This document shows, piece after piece, positions 17,309 to 26,624 of a DNA stretch of 64,000 nt. Where the stretch lies: the NCBI GenBank assembly GCA_040876345.1, contig JBBDPM010000001.1, forward strand, positions 270,313-334,312, in the 5' to 3' direction. The translations under genes and the position numbers were made by a program. The stretch is from Candidatus Woykebacteria bacterium. Lineage in GTDB: Bacteria > Patescibacteriota > Microgenomatia > Woykebacterales > RBG-16-39-9b. The notes under the pieces are model-generated. The model had not been told where the DNA came from. It saw only the letters and a list, made by a program, of their open reading frames with translations, and ran no database searches. Position 1 is the stretch's first letter; each line of letters opens with the position of its first letter.

Positions 17309-17740
17309 ATGTTCCTAGGCGAATACAAACACTCTATTGATTACAAAGGAAGGGTTTCAGTACCTAAAAAATTTAGAGCAGAGCTTGGCAAAGGATCTGT
17401 TTTAACAAAAGGTCTTGACCGCTGTCTCTTTCTATACACAAAACAGGCTTGGGAGTCTCTGAGTCAGAGTATACGGTCCATGCCTGTTACAGCTTCTGAT
17501 GCAAGAGCTTTTAGCCGCTATTTATTTTCTGGGGCGATTGAGATTGAATTTGATCAACTTGGAAGAATTTTTATTCCCGAGTATTTACGCTCCTACTCAT
17601 CTATAAAAAAAGAAGTGGTAATTGTTGGAGTACTAGAAAGAGTTGAAATTTGGGATAAAAAGACTTGGGGTAGGGTTAGCAAAGGCATCGAGAATAAGGG
17701 TGAGGAGATAGCCGAAAAGCTGACAGGAGCCCCTTTATGA
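17309..17740 (+). CDS. mraZ: transcriptional regulator MraZ
   Basis: MFLGEYKHSIDYKGRVSVPKKFR and second SpoVT/AbrB-like half; first gene of dcw cluster. Confidence 0.9.
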   Translation: MFLGEYKHSIDYKGRVSVPKKFRAELGKGSVLTKGLDRCLFLYTKQAWESLSQSIRSMPVTASDARAFSRYLFSGAIEIEFDQLGRIFIPEYLRSYSSIKKEVVIVGVLERVEIWDKKTWGRVSKGIENKGEEIAEKLTGAPL

Positions 17741-18594
17741 GTACTTTTCACAAAAGTGTACTTTACCAAGAAGTTTTGGAAGGATTAAACGTAAGGCCAG
17801 GGGAAGCCTATATCGATGCGACCTTAGGTGGTGGTGGGCATAGCCAAGGAATTTTAGAGCGTGGGGGAAGAGTGCTTGGAATTGATCAAGACCCGCAGGC
17901 CCTAGAGTTTGTCAAAAAGCACATTAAATCTGAGGATCTAATTTTAGAGGAAGGAAATTTTGCTGATATAGACAAAATTGCAGCTGATCGTGGGTTGCTG
18001 GAAATATCAGGGATTGTTTTTGACCTTGGAGTTTCAAGCTACCAATTAAACCAGGTATCTCGAGGATTTAGTTTTAGAAACAGCGCTGCGCTAGACATGC
18101 GGATGAGTCCAAAACTTGCAGTTACAGCAGCGGACTTAGTTAACGGACTCACCGATAAGGAGCTTTATGAACTATTTTATAGGTTTGGTGAGGAACGCAA
18201 TGCACGACGTATTGCTCGTGCTATCGTTCGATCCAGATCGAAGGATCCGATAAAAAAAACCGATCAGTTGGCGGCCTTAATTGAAGCAACAGTTGGTCGG
18301 GGTCAAAAGATTCACCCGGCCACACGGGTATTTTTGGCTTTAAGAGCTGCCGTAAACAGCGAACTTAGAAATTTAAGAGAAGCGTTGCCAAAATCAGAAA
18401 ATCTTTTGAAGACAAACGGAAGACTGATAGTCATTAGTTTTCATTCTCTTGAGGACCGGTTAGTAAAGAATTTTATTAAGGAGAGTAAAAATTTGGTTGA
18501 AGTCAATAAAAAGCCGGTAGTGCCTTCTGAAGAAGAGATTATGGAAAACCCAAGAGCAAGAAGCGCAAAGATGCGGGTTGCCGAAAAAGTTTAA
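17737..18594 (+). CDS. rsmH: 16S rRNA (cytosine1402-N4)-methyltransferase RsmH (MraW)
   Basis: HKSVLYQEVLEGL...DATLGGGGHS...FDLGVSSYQL motifs. Confidence 0.9.
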   Translation: MSTFHKSVLYQEVLEGLNVRPGEAYIDATLGGGGHSQGILERGGRVLGIDQDPQALEFVKKHIKSEDLILEEGNFADIDKIAADRGLLEISGIVFDLGVSSYQLNQVSRGFSFRNSAALDMRMSPKLAVTAADLVNGLTDKELYELFYRFGEERNARRIARAIVRSRSKDPIKKTDQLAALIEATVGRGQKIHPATRVFLALRAAVNSELRNLREALPKSENLLKTNGRLIVISFHSLEDRLVKNFIKESKNLVEVNKKPVVPSEEEIMENPRARSAKMRVAEKV

Positions 18595-18629
18595 AATTCA
18601 AAAATCGTAAGTTAAGGATATTCCTGCCC

Positions 18630-18971
18630 ATGAAGATCCTATCAAAGGAAAAAATTAGTGAACAAAAAAATAAGATCCTTAGGTTTTTACCCTATCCAAA
18701 AGCTATTCTTTTTTTAATAGCGTTTCTATTTTTATTAGTAGGCATAAAACTGTATTTTACCAATCTTCTTGCTACTTCTGGGGTAAGAATTACTGCCACA
18801 TCTCAAAAAATAGAAAAGCTTGAAAAAGAAAAAGCGGATTTGGAAAACAAAATCAGTGATCTTGGTTCTATTTACAAATTACAGAAAGAGGCAAAGAAGA
18901 TAGGTTTGAAGGGAAGTGATAGGGTAGAGGTTTTAACAGTGCCTAACAAGCCATTGGCTCAGAAGCCATGA
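18630..18971 (+). CDS. ftsL: FtsL-like cell-division protein (small bitopic, coiled coil)
   Basis: 113 aa, one TM, EKLEKEKADLENKISDL coiled coil, position between rsmH and ftsI. Confidence 0.5.
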   Translation: MKILSKEKISEQKNKILRFLPYPKAILFLIAFLFLLVGIKLYFTNLLATSGVRITATSQKIEKLEKEKADLENKISDLGSIYKLQKEAKKIGLKGSDRVEVLTVPNKPLAQKP

Positions 18972-20743
18972 AGTCATGGAGGTTAGTTTTAGTTCAAATA
19001 TTTTTCCTTTTTATTGCGGTCAGTATCACTGGCCGTCTTCTTTATTGGCAAGTTGTTAAAAAAGATGTACTTTCGGCAAGAGCAGCTGGCCAGCACGAGG
19101 TAACTACCCATCTGGAGGCGAAAAGAGGTCGTTTATTTGCTACCGATGACTCATTAATAGTTGGTAATGAGCCTGCTTTCCTGCTTTATGCCAACTTAAA
19201 TGAGTTTAATAAGCAATACTCTGAGAAGGAGGACAGAGAAGATCAAGCTGATAAAATTACCGAAGCTCTATTTTCCGAAATTTTAGGATCCCAAAAGGAC
19301 TCGAAAAAACTTTCCAAAGTCGATAAGGAAAAACTTTTTACTGGTACAAAAAAAGAAATAATAAAGAAATTAAACTTGCAGAATTTAGTTTGGGTACCGC
19401 TCGAAAAGAAAGTATCTGCCCAAACTAAGGAAAAACTTGAACAACTTAAAATTTCAAGCTTAGGTTTTGAAGAGCTATCTAAGCGTTTTTACCCCGAGGG
19501 ATCATTGGCCTCTCAGCTTATCGGTTTTGTTGGTAATGATACCTACGGTAATGATGCTGGCTATTTTGGCCTGGAGGGATATTATGATAGGGAGCTGAAA
19601 GGCAGGGCAGGCAGGCTTATTCAAGAACTGGATGCTTCTGGAAACCCTATTCTAACAAACGATGAGGATGGTTCTTTTCCAACAGATGGATTTGATTTGG
19701 TTACAACAATTGACAGGAATGTCCAGTATGTGGTGGAAGAGGAAATTCAAAAAGCAGTTAAAAAGTTTGGCGCTAAGCTCGGAAGTGTGGTAGTTTTAGA
19801 TCCTAAAACCGGTGGGATACTGGCTTTAGCGAACTCCCCAAGCTTTGATCAAGATAAATGGCAGTCTTACGAAGGAGAGGATTTTAAAAATTCAGCGATT
19901 TCTGATATTTACGAACCAGGGTCCACTTTTAAACTTGTAACCATCGCCTCAGCTCTGGACGCTCAAGCTGTTAAACCCAATACGGTCTGTCCTTGTAAAG
20001 GACCGATAAAGGTAAGTGGCTACGAAGTTCAAACTTGGAATAACAAGTATCACCCAAACGCTACTATTTTAGAGATTTTACAACACTCAGATAATGTTGG
20101 GGCGGCTTTCGCTGGCGAAAAATTGGGTACAGATAGATTCTTAGAATACATCAAAAATTTTGGGTTTGGCAGCTCTTTAGGAGTTGATCTTCAGGGTGAG
20201 GAAAAAGGACTTGTAAAGGAAAGGCAAAATTGGTCTAAAGTTGATTTGGTAACTGCTTCTTTCGGCCAAGGTTTATCAGTTACTGCACTTCAAATGACTT
20301 CAGCGCTTTCGGTAATAGCAAATGATGGTAAGTTGATGAAACCTTTTGTTGTTAAGAAAATCAAAGAGAACGACACTGAGATTAATATTGAACCTAAGGT
20401 GATTAGACAAGTAATTAAACCAGAAACAGCGAGTCTTATGAAAGAACTTCTTTTGGCAGCAGTTGAGGGTGGGGAAGCGCGAAATATAATTCCAAAAGGA
20501 TACCGAGTTGCTGGTAAAACTGGTACTGCCCAGGTACCAATTGCTGGTCATTATGACCCTTCGAAGGCAACTGCTTCTTTTGTGGGTTTTGGGCCGGTGG
20601 AAGATCCAAAATTTGTGGCAATTGTTAAATTTGTTGACCCCACACCGATATACGGTGCTGAGACGGCCGAACCTACTTTTTTTGAAATCGCTAAAAGGCT
20701 CTACCCTTACTGGGGAATTCCGGTCCGCACGAGTGGAAATTAG
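18968..20743 (+). CDS. ftsI: penicillin-binding protein / peptidoglycan D,D-transpeptidase FtsI
   Basis: N-terminal TM, dimerisation domain, transpeptidase motifs STFK, SDN (HSDNVG), KTGT(A). Confidence 0.85.
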   Translation: MKSWRLVLVQIFFLFIAVSITGRLLYWQVVKKDVLSARAAGQHEVTTHLEAKRGRLFATDDSLIVGNEPAFLLYANLNEFNKQYSEKEDREDQADKITEALFSEILGSQKDSKKLSKVDKEKLFTGTKKEIIKKLNLQNLVWVPLEKKVSAQTKEKLEQLKISSLGFEELSKRFYPEGSLASQLIGFVGNDTYGNDAGYFGLEGYYDRELKGRAGRLIQELDASGNPILTNDEDGSFPTDGFDLVTTIDRNVQYVVEEEIQKAVKKFGAKLGSVVVLDPKTGGILALANSPSFDQDKWQSYEGEDFKNSAISDIYEPGSTFKLVTIASALDAQAVKPNTVCPCKGPIKVSGYEVQTWNNKYHPNATILEILQHSDNVGAAFAGEKLGTDRFLEYIKNFGFGSSLGVDLQGEEKGLVKERQNWSKVDLVTASFGQGLSVTALQMTSALSVIANDGKLMKPFVVKKIKENDTEINIEPKVIRQVIKPETASLMKELLLAAVEGGEARNIIPKGYRVAGKTGTAQVPIAGHYDPSKATASFVGFGPVEDPKFVAIVKFVDPTPIYGAETAEPTFFEIAKRLYPYWGIPVRTSGN

Positions 20744-20771
20744 ATTTTTTGTGGTAAAATTCTAAGACGTT

Positions 20772-22058
20772 ATGGAGTTTGTAAAGAGGGTTGTACCTCA
20801 AGGAATTAAAAATATTTATCATTATCTTCAGGCTTTTTTGGCCGCCCTCTTTTATGGTTTTCCTTCCCGAAAATTGAAAGTAATAGGAATTACCGGCACT
20901 GATGGAAAAACAACTACTGTAAGCCTAGCCTATCACATTCTAAAATCAGCCGGTGTCAAAGCTTCGATGATTTCCTCTGTTAAAGCGGTGATTGGCCAAG
21001 CTAGCCTTGATACAGGATTTCATGTTACAACTCCATCCCCACTTGAATTACAGAAATATTTAAATATGATGGTTAAAGCCGGCAGTGACGTTGCGCTGCT
21101 GGAAGTAACCTCTCATGGTCTTGATCAAGGCAGAGTCGCTTTTATAGATTTTTTTGAAGGTGTAGTTACCAACGTTACTCGTGAGCATTTGGATTATCAT
21201 AAGACTTATAAGCGGTATTTGGAAGCAAAATCAAAAATTTTAAACGATGTGAAGTTTAGAATATTAAATGCGGACGATCCGTCGTTTGAGGAACTTTCAA
21301 AAAAAGGTTCTGGTCAGATGCTCAGTTTTGGTGTGCGCGGTGATGCTGATTTTACAGCCAAAAATATTAACCAATCTGAGAAATATACTAATTTTGATGT
21401 GAAGATAAAAGGAAGAGAAAAGCAGGAGAAAACCTTGAATATAGCTACACCACTTTACGGTGAATTCAACATATCAAACTGTTTGGCAGCGATTGCTATA
21501 TCCAAGACTTTTGATGTGGAAGACGCCACAATCGTAAGTTCTTTAAAAGAGTTTCCTGGGGTAGAAGGTAGAATGGAAAGGATAGATGAGGGGCAAAAAT
21601 TCCAAGTCATTATAGATTTTGCTCATACACCAAACTCATTTGAGCACACTCTGAAATCCTTGAAGAAGGCGGCCAAAAATAAACTTATTTGTGTGTTTGG
21701 CGCAGCAGGGGAAAGAGATAAGTCTAAAAGAGCTGTGATGGGTAATATCGCCGGGAGAATCTGCAACTACTCTATTTTGACTGCCGAGGATCCAAGGCAT
21801 GAGAATGTAAATGATATTATTGGCGAAATTGCAAAGGGTTTAGAGGAGGCCGGGGGCGTTTTAGGAAGTACATATTGGAAAATTCCAGATAGAGCTAAGG
21901 CTATTCGAGAAGCAATTATATCGTTGGCAAGCGATGGTGACACTGTTGTTCTGCTCGGAAAAGGGCACGAAAAGAGCCTGAATTTAGAAGGTGTCGAGTA
22001 TCCTTGGAGTGATCAAATTTCGGCAAGAAATGCTCTTTTGGAGAAACTTAAAAAATGA
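20772..22058 (+). CDS. murE: Mur ligase, probable UDP-MurNAc-L-Ala-D-Glu:diamino-acid ligase (MurE), short form
   Basis: GITGTDGKTTT P-loop, Mur ligase middle/C domains; 428 aa (short). Confidence 0.65.
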   Translation: MEFVKRVVPQGIKNIYHYLQAFLAALFYGFPSRKLKVIGITGTDGKTTTVSLAYHILKSAGVKASMISSVKAVIGQASLDTGFHVTTPSPLELQKYLNMMVKAGSDVALLEVTSHGLDQGRVAFIDFFEGVVTNVTREHLDYHKTYKRYLEAKSKILNDVKFRILNADDPSFEELSKKGSGQMLSFGVRGDADFTAKNINQSEKYTNFDVKIKGREKQEKTLNIATPLYGEFNISNCLAAIAISKTFDVEDATIVSSLKEFPGVEGRMERIDEGQKFQVIIDFAHTPNSFEHTLKSLKKAAKNKLICVFGAAGERDKSKRAVMGNIAGRICNYSILTAEDPRHENVNDIIGEIAKGLEEAGGVLGSTYWKIPDRAKAIREAIISLASDGDTVVLLGKGHEKSLNLEGVEYPWSDQISARNALLEKLKK

Positions 22059-22798
22059 AAAATGTTACAGCAGTTGTAGTTGGTGGTGGTGAAGGGACAC
22101 GTTTAAACGAAGGGATGCCTTCCCCGCGCCCGAAGGTCCTTTACGAAGTTTTGGGTAAGCCGTTGATATCATATTCTTTAAAGGCTTTGAAAGACGTTGG
22201 AATCAACGATATTATTGTAGTTGTCGGTTACATGGGCGAAGAAATAAAGAAGGTTTTAGGACCATCGTACCGATACACTATTCAAAAAGAACCCTTAGGT
22301 ACGGCCGATGCAGCTCTCTCAGCTCTATCAAGAATTCCAGACGAAACCCTTCACGTCGCTGTGCTGTACGGAGCTGATATCTACACAAATTATCTTTTAA
22401 AGGAGGTTATATCTTTGCACTTGGAGAAGGAGCCAGAGGTCACATTAGTTACTAAAATTATGGAAGAGCCTGGAAAACTAGGAAGGATTGTTCGAGATGA
22501 GTCTGGAGAAATTTCCGCAATTGTTGAGGAAAAGGTCGCTACAGACGAGCAGAAAAAAATTAAAGAGGTCAATGATGGTTGCTTTATCTTTAAGAAAGAC
22601 TGGCTTTTAGAGAATATCAAAGCGATCTCACTATCTGCTGCCAAGGAATATTTCCTGACCGATCTTGTTGAAATTGCAATCAATCAAAAAGTTAAAGTGG
22701 CAACTTACACAATCGAGCGTGATGGAGATTGGATTGGAGTCGATACGACAGAGGATATCAAAAGCGCGGAAGAGTTACTGAAAGGGCAGGAAAGATGA
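22055..22798 (+). CDS. sugar-phosphate nucleotidyltransferase (GlmU N-terminal-domain-like, stand-alone)
   Basis: VVVGGGEGTRLNEGMPSPRPKVLYEVLGKPLISY nucleotidyltransferase signature; 247 aa without LbH domain. Confidence 0.6.
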   Translation: MKNVTAVVVGGGEGTRLNEGMPSPRPKVLYEVLGKPLISYSLKALKDVGINDIIVVVGYMGEEIKKVLGPSYRYTIQKEPLGTADAALSALSRIPDETLHVAVLYGADIYTNYLLKEVISLHLEKEPEVTLVTKIMEEPGKLGRIVRDESGEISAIVEEKVATDEQKKIKEVNDGCFIFKKDWLLENIKAISLSAAKEYFLTDLVEIAINQKVKVATYTIERDGDWIGVDTTEDIKSAEELLKGQER

Positions 22799-24105
22799 AT
22801 ATTCACTTTATGGGTATTGGTGGTGCTGGTACTTCGGCGGCCGCTGCCCTTGCAAAAGAGCGGGGGTTTGAAGTAAGTGGGTGTGATATAGACAAAGATT
22901 CCGTCTATTTAAAAGAGCAGGAAAAATTGGGTATCAACATCGAACTTGGTCATAGCGGCACTCATCTTACTAATTCAGATCTTCTGATCGTCTCTAATGC
23001 AGTAGGAAAAATCGACAAGGCAAATCAAGAACTGGTCGAGGCAGAGAAAAGCGGAATTAAATTATTCTCAACCGAAAAGTTCGTGGCGAGCTATTTAATT
23101 AGTGGTAAGTTTCTGATTGCTATATCCGGCACCCACGGTAAATCTACGACAACAGCGATGGTTGGAGAAATATTAGAAGAGGCTGGTTTTGACCCTACCG
23201 TTTACTTAGGTGCAATAGATGTAAATTGGGGAAGAAACTATCGAGCAGGTAGCAGCAAATATTTTGTCCTGGAGGCTGATGAATACGAGGATAAATTTTT
23301 ACATTATCATCCCGAGGTTGGGGCGATAACGAATATAGATTATGATCATCCAGATTATTTCAAAGATAAAGACCAGTTGGTAGAAAGTTTCGCCCGCTTT
23401 GTTAAGGGATTTAAGGAGGAATCTATGCTTGTACTCGGCACAGATACATCCCAAAGCGAAAATATTAAGGAGCTTGTTTCAAAAACCAAAGATTTAACAG
23501 GTATTATTGAGGGTTCTTGGGATTTTCCTGTAAATCTTAAAATTCCCGGTGAACACAACATTTTAAACGCAAAAGTGGCAGTTTTGTGCGCAAGATCAAT
23601 TGGTATAAATGAAGAAAGTATAAACTCTGCTTTAAGTAAATTTGCTGGTACTGGAAGGCGTTTTGAATTCAAAGGCGAGGTCAACAATATAAAAGTTTTT
23701 GACGATTACGCGCACCACCCTACTGAGGTTATTGCAACACTGTCATCAGCCCGCGAAAAATTTCCTGCACAGCGAATTTGGTGTGTTTTTCAACCCCACA
23801 CTTTTTCTAGAACGCAGGCTTTATTTAACGATTTTGTAAACGCGTTTGAAGAAGCAAAGGTTGATAATCTAGTTTTCGTAGATATATATGCGGCTAGAGA
23901 AAAAAATCCTGGTGGTGTAAGTTCGCTAGATATTGCAAAGAGTATTAAAGGTAAAAAGGTTGTTTATATTGGCGATTTAGAAAAAGCAGCGGTTTATGTT
24001 GCTGAAAACGCAGCAGCTGGAGATACTATTATTAACATGGGAGCAGGGGATATTTACAAAATATCAAAAATGATTCTGGACAAATTGGAGGAGCAAGTTG
24101 GGTGA
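22795..24105 (+). CDS. murC: UDP-N-acetylmuramate--L-alanine ligase
   Basis: MNIHFMGIGGAGTSAAAALA, GTHGKSTTTAM P-loop; start at ATG 22795 overlapping upstream stop (ATGA). Confidence 0.85.
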   Translation: MNIHFMGIGGAGTSAAAALAKERGFEVSGCDIDKDSVYLKEQEKLGINIELGHSGTHLTNSDLLIVSNAVGKIDKANQELVEAEKSGIKLFSTEKFVASYLISGKFLIAISGTHGKSTTTAMVGEILEEAGFDPTVYLGAIDVNWGRNYRAGSSKYFVLEADEYEDKFLHYHPEVGAITNIDYDHPDYFKDKDQLVESFARFVKGFKEESMLVLGTDTSQSENIKELVSKTKDLTGIIEGSWDFPVNLKIPGEHNILNAKVAVLCARSIGINEESINSALSKFAGTGRRFEFKGEVNNIKVFDDYAHHPTEVIATLSSAREKFPAQRIWCVFQPHTFSRTQALFNDFVNAFEEAKVDNLVFVDIYAAREKNPGGVSSLDIAKSIKGKKVVYIGDLEKAAVYVAENAAAGDTIINMGAGDIYKISKMILDKLEEQVG

Positions 24106-24994
24106 AGAATTAATTAAGAGATTGGGAGAAGAGCGTGTTAGAAAAAACGAACCTATGAGTTTGCATACCCAGATGAAGGTTGGGGGGCCAGCCGATTTTT
24201 ATTATGAAGCTCAAAGTGCTAAAGAGCTTGAGGATGCGGTTCGGTTTGCTATCGAATCGAGATTACCCTACACCGTAATAGGTAATGGGGCCAATGTTTT
24301 GGTGTCGGATAAAGGAATTCGTGGTTTGGTCATAGCAAGTAGGGCCAATCAAGTTAAGTTTTTACCGCATGGGTTTGTTGAAGCAGAATCTGGTGTGGAT
24401 AATAACGTTTTGATAATGGAGGCGGCAAAGAACGGTCTGACTGGAGTTGAGCGACTTATGAAAGTGCCGGGAACTGTGGGTGGAGCAGTGTTTATGAACG
24501 CTGGTGATACAGGAAAAGGAGAATTCTTTGGCGATTTAGTCGAGTCAGTGCGAGTTATCGGCGAGGAAGGGAAGGTTAAAACGTTAGCTCACGACGAAGC
24601 AAACTTTTCATATCGATCTTCTCGTTTTCAAACCTCAGGAGAAGTTATTTTAAGCGCAAAAATATTGTTAAAACAAGCAGCCCAGGCCGAAATTGAGGCT
24701 AAAGTAAAAGATATTTTGATCCGCAAAGTTAATCATCCTGCCGGGGCGACAGTTGGTTCCACTTTTAAAAATCCCGAAAACTATCATTCGGGAGAACTTA
24801 TCGAAAAATCAGATTTAAAAGGAACCAAAATTGGTGGTGCCAAAATAAGTGAAAAACACGGTAATTTTATTATTAATGAAGGAAATGCAACTGCCTCGGA
24901 TGTTAAGGATTTAATTGATCTGATGAAAAAAACTGTCAAAGATAAATTTGGAGTAAACCTTGAAGAAGAGGTCCGCTATATCGGTAAGTGGTAA
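24098..24994 (+). CDS. murB: UDP-N-acetylenolpyruvoylglucosamine reductase
   Basis: FAD-binding PCMH domain, KVGGPADFYYEA..., C-terminal GSTFKNP motif. Confidence 0.85.
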   Translation: MGEELIKRLGEERVRKNEPMSLHTQMKVGGPADFYYEAQSAKELEDAVRFAIESRLPYTVIGNGANVLVSDKGIRGLVIASRANQVKFLPHGFVEAESGVDNNVLIMEAAKNGLTGVERLMKVPGTVGGAVFMNAGDTGKGEFFGDLVESVRVIGEEGKVKTLAHDEANFSYRSSRFQTSGEVILSAKILLKQAAQAEIEAKVKDILIRKVNHPAGATVGSTFKNPENYHSGELIEKSDLKGTKIGGAKISEKHGNFIINEGNATASDVKDLIDLMKKTVKDKFGVNLEEEVRYIGKW

Positions 24995-25084
24995 ATAACT
25001 CATAGTACCGACCCCAGGGGTTGATATTATAGGTTAAATGTAGTATTTGACATTGGAACACTAGTTATCTGATAATTAAATCAG

Positions 25085-25723
25085 ATGGATGAGACTGGCC
25101 AACCGGTCCAAAACACAGCAAACCCCAACCCAAAACCCGTTTCCTGGCCGAGAGTTTTGTTAACTGTATTAATAATAGTACTGGTGGTGAGTATATTAGC
25201 CGGTGGCTATTGGTATTTTGTACTCAACAAGCCGTCAGAGACGGTCGATACCAGCCCAATCAAAGTCTCCACTCAATCTTCAAAAAAAGCAACAGAATCT
25301 TCAAAAAAAGCCACTTCTTCTGCCAAAAAAGACGAAACTGCTAACTGGAAGGTTTACGAAGAAAAACAACTTGGATTTTTAATTAAATATCCTGGGACTT
25401 GGTCGATAAAAGCTGGGACGAGCGGTAGCGTTAGAGTCGTAAAACTAAACAAAGATCGGGAATCAATTGAAATTTATGAGGATGGAGGCATAGAAGGCGG
25501 AACTGACACGACAGTAGAACTCGCTGTTGGTTCCCACAAGCTAGAGTTCTGGGTATTCGACTCAGAGACAAACAGTCAAATTACATATGTTAATAGTAGT
25601 CCGAGATTAGAATCCAGGACATCTTCGTTGCTATTATTTTACATAATTCTTGACAGAAAAACACACGATCAGAGTTTAGCAGAGGTTAAAAAGATCCTTT
25701 CAACCTTCAAACTCCTGGACTAA
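25085..25723 (+). CDS. paralog-family member 1: Pro/Gln-rich N-tail, signal-anchor TM, S/T/K-rich linker, globular domain ending ILSTFKLLD
   Basis: shares N-terminal block (VSWPR/K-TM-WYFVLNKxS-TVDTxPIKVST-KKATESSKKATSS) and C-terminal STFKFLD motif with ORFs at 35400, 42280, 43866 and decayed copy 31283-32050. Confidence 0.5.
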   Translation: MDETGQPVQNTANPNPKPVSWPRVLLTVLIIVLVVSILAGGYWYFVLNKPSETVDTSPIKVSTQSSKKATESSKKATSSAKKDETANWKVYEEKQLGFLIKYPGTWSIKAGTSGSVRVVKLNKDRESIEIYEDGGIEGGTDTTVELAVGSHKLEFWVFDSETNSQITYVNSSPRLESRTSSLLLFYIILDRKTHDQSLAEVKKILSTFKLLD

Positions 25724-25908
25724 TTCGATTTTCGATGCTAGATACTCGATGTTCGATGATCCTAAATCCTAGATCCTGAATCAAGTTCAGGATGGCAAAC
25801 GGTTGTCAATTTGCAATCCGTACCATCCTACCTTAAAATTCACTCATGGCCAAAGAGTTACGCAATATATAGTTTGTTATTGACATGTTTTGTGGTTTTT
25901 GATACAAA

Positions 25909-26178
25909 TAAGTCATAATTGAATTAAAAGAGCCAAAAGTTTATACTCCAGAGCAAGTGGCAAGGATGCTGCAGCTTTCTAAAAATACTGTTTACGATCT
26001 TATTAATCGAGGCGAAATTTTGGCAAAAAAGGTTGGGAAAGTTTACCGTATTCCCGAAAGCTCAATTTCTTTTGTTTTTACTGGTTTAGACTCCGACCTC
26101 CTTCAAGTTGAGCAAGAGGATTTGAAAAATATCGAAACTGTCAAAAAGGAAATCTCCGGCGCCCGCAGGAAATTATAG
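25909..26178 (+). CDS. excisionase/AlpA-family HTH DNA-binding protein (putative antitoxin)
   Basis: ...KVYTPEQVARMLQLSKNTVYDLINRGEILAKKVGKVYRI HTH; conserved helix-1 extends upstream of the first ATG (25957) in an open frame back to 25903, so start is probably a non-ATG codon (ATA/ATT ~25906-25911); start coordinate uncertain. Confidence 0.55.
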
Positions 26179-26186
26179 CCCCCTCC

Positions 26187-26609
26187 ATGAAAGTTTTTGT
26201 GGATTCAGACGTGGTTATCTCATCTTTACTTTCTCAATCTGGGGCAGCTTATATTTTGACCAACGCCAAAAACCTTCAACTTTTTATTTCAAATATTGCC
26301 TATCAAGAATTAAAAATTGTTACTGAAAGGTTGGGAATAGAAAAGCAAAAACTTGATGATCTTTTAAGAGAACGGTTTAAGACAGTTGAATTAGAAGAAA
26401 ATTTATCTGTAATAAAAGGAAAATATGGAAATCTTGTATTAGATCAAAATGATGCTCATATTTTGGCTGGTGCAAAAGCAGAAAGTGCAAGGTTTTTGGT
26501 TTCATATAGCACCAAACATTTTAAGGCCGAGGAAATTAAGAGAGTCTTTAATATTATTAGTTTAAAACCGGCTTTTATGCTTCAATATTTGAGGAGTTTG
26601 CAAAAATAG
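26187..26609 (+). CDS. PIN-domain protein (VapC-like toxin)
   Basis: MKVFVDSDVVISSL N-terminal acidic motif of PIN domains, 140 aa, 9 nt downstream of HTH gene. Confidence 0.6.
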   Translation: MKVFVDSDVVISSLLSQSGAAYILTNAKNLQLFISNIAYQELKIVTERLGIEKQKLDDLLRERFKTVELEENLSVIKGKYGNLVLDQNDAHILAGAKAESARFLVSYSTKHFKAEEIKRVFNIISLKPAFMLQYLRSLQK

Positions 26610-26624
26610 CTTACAATTTAACAC

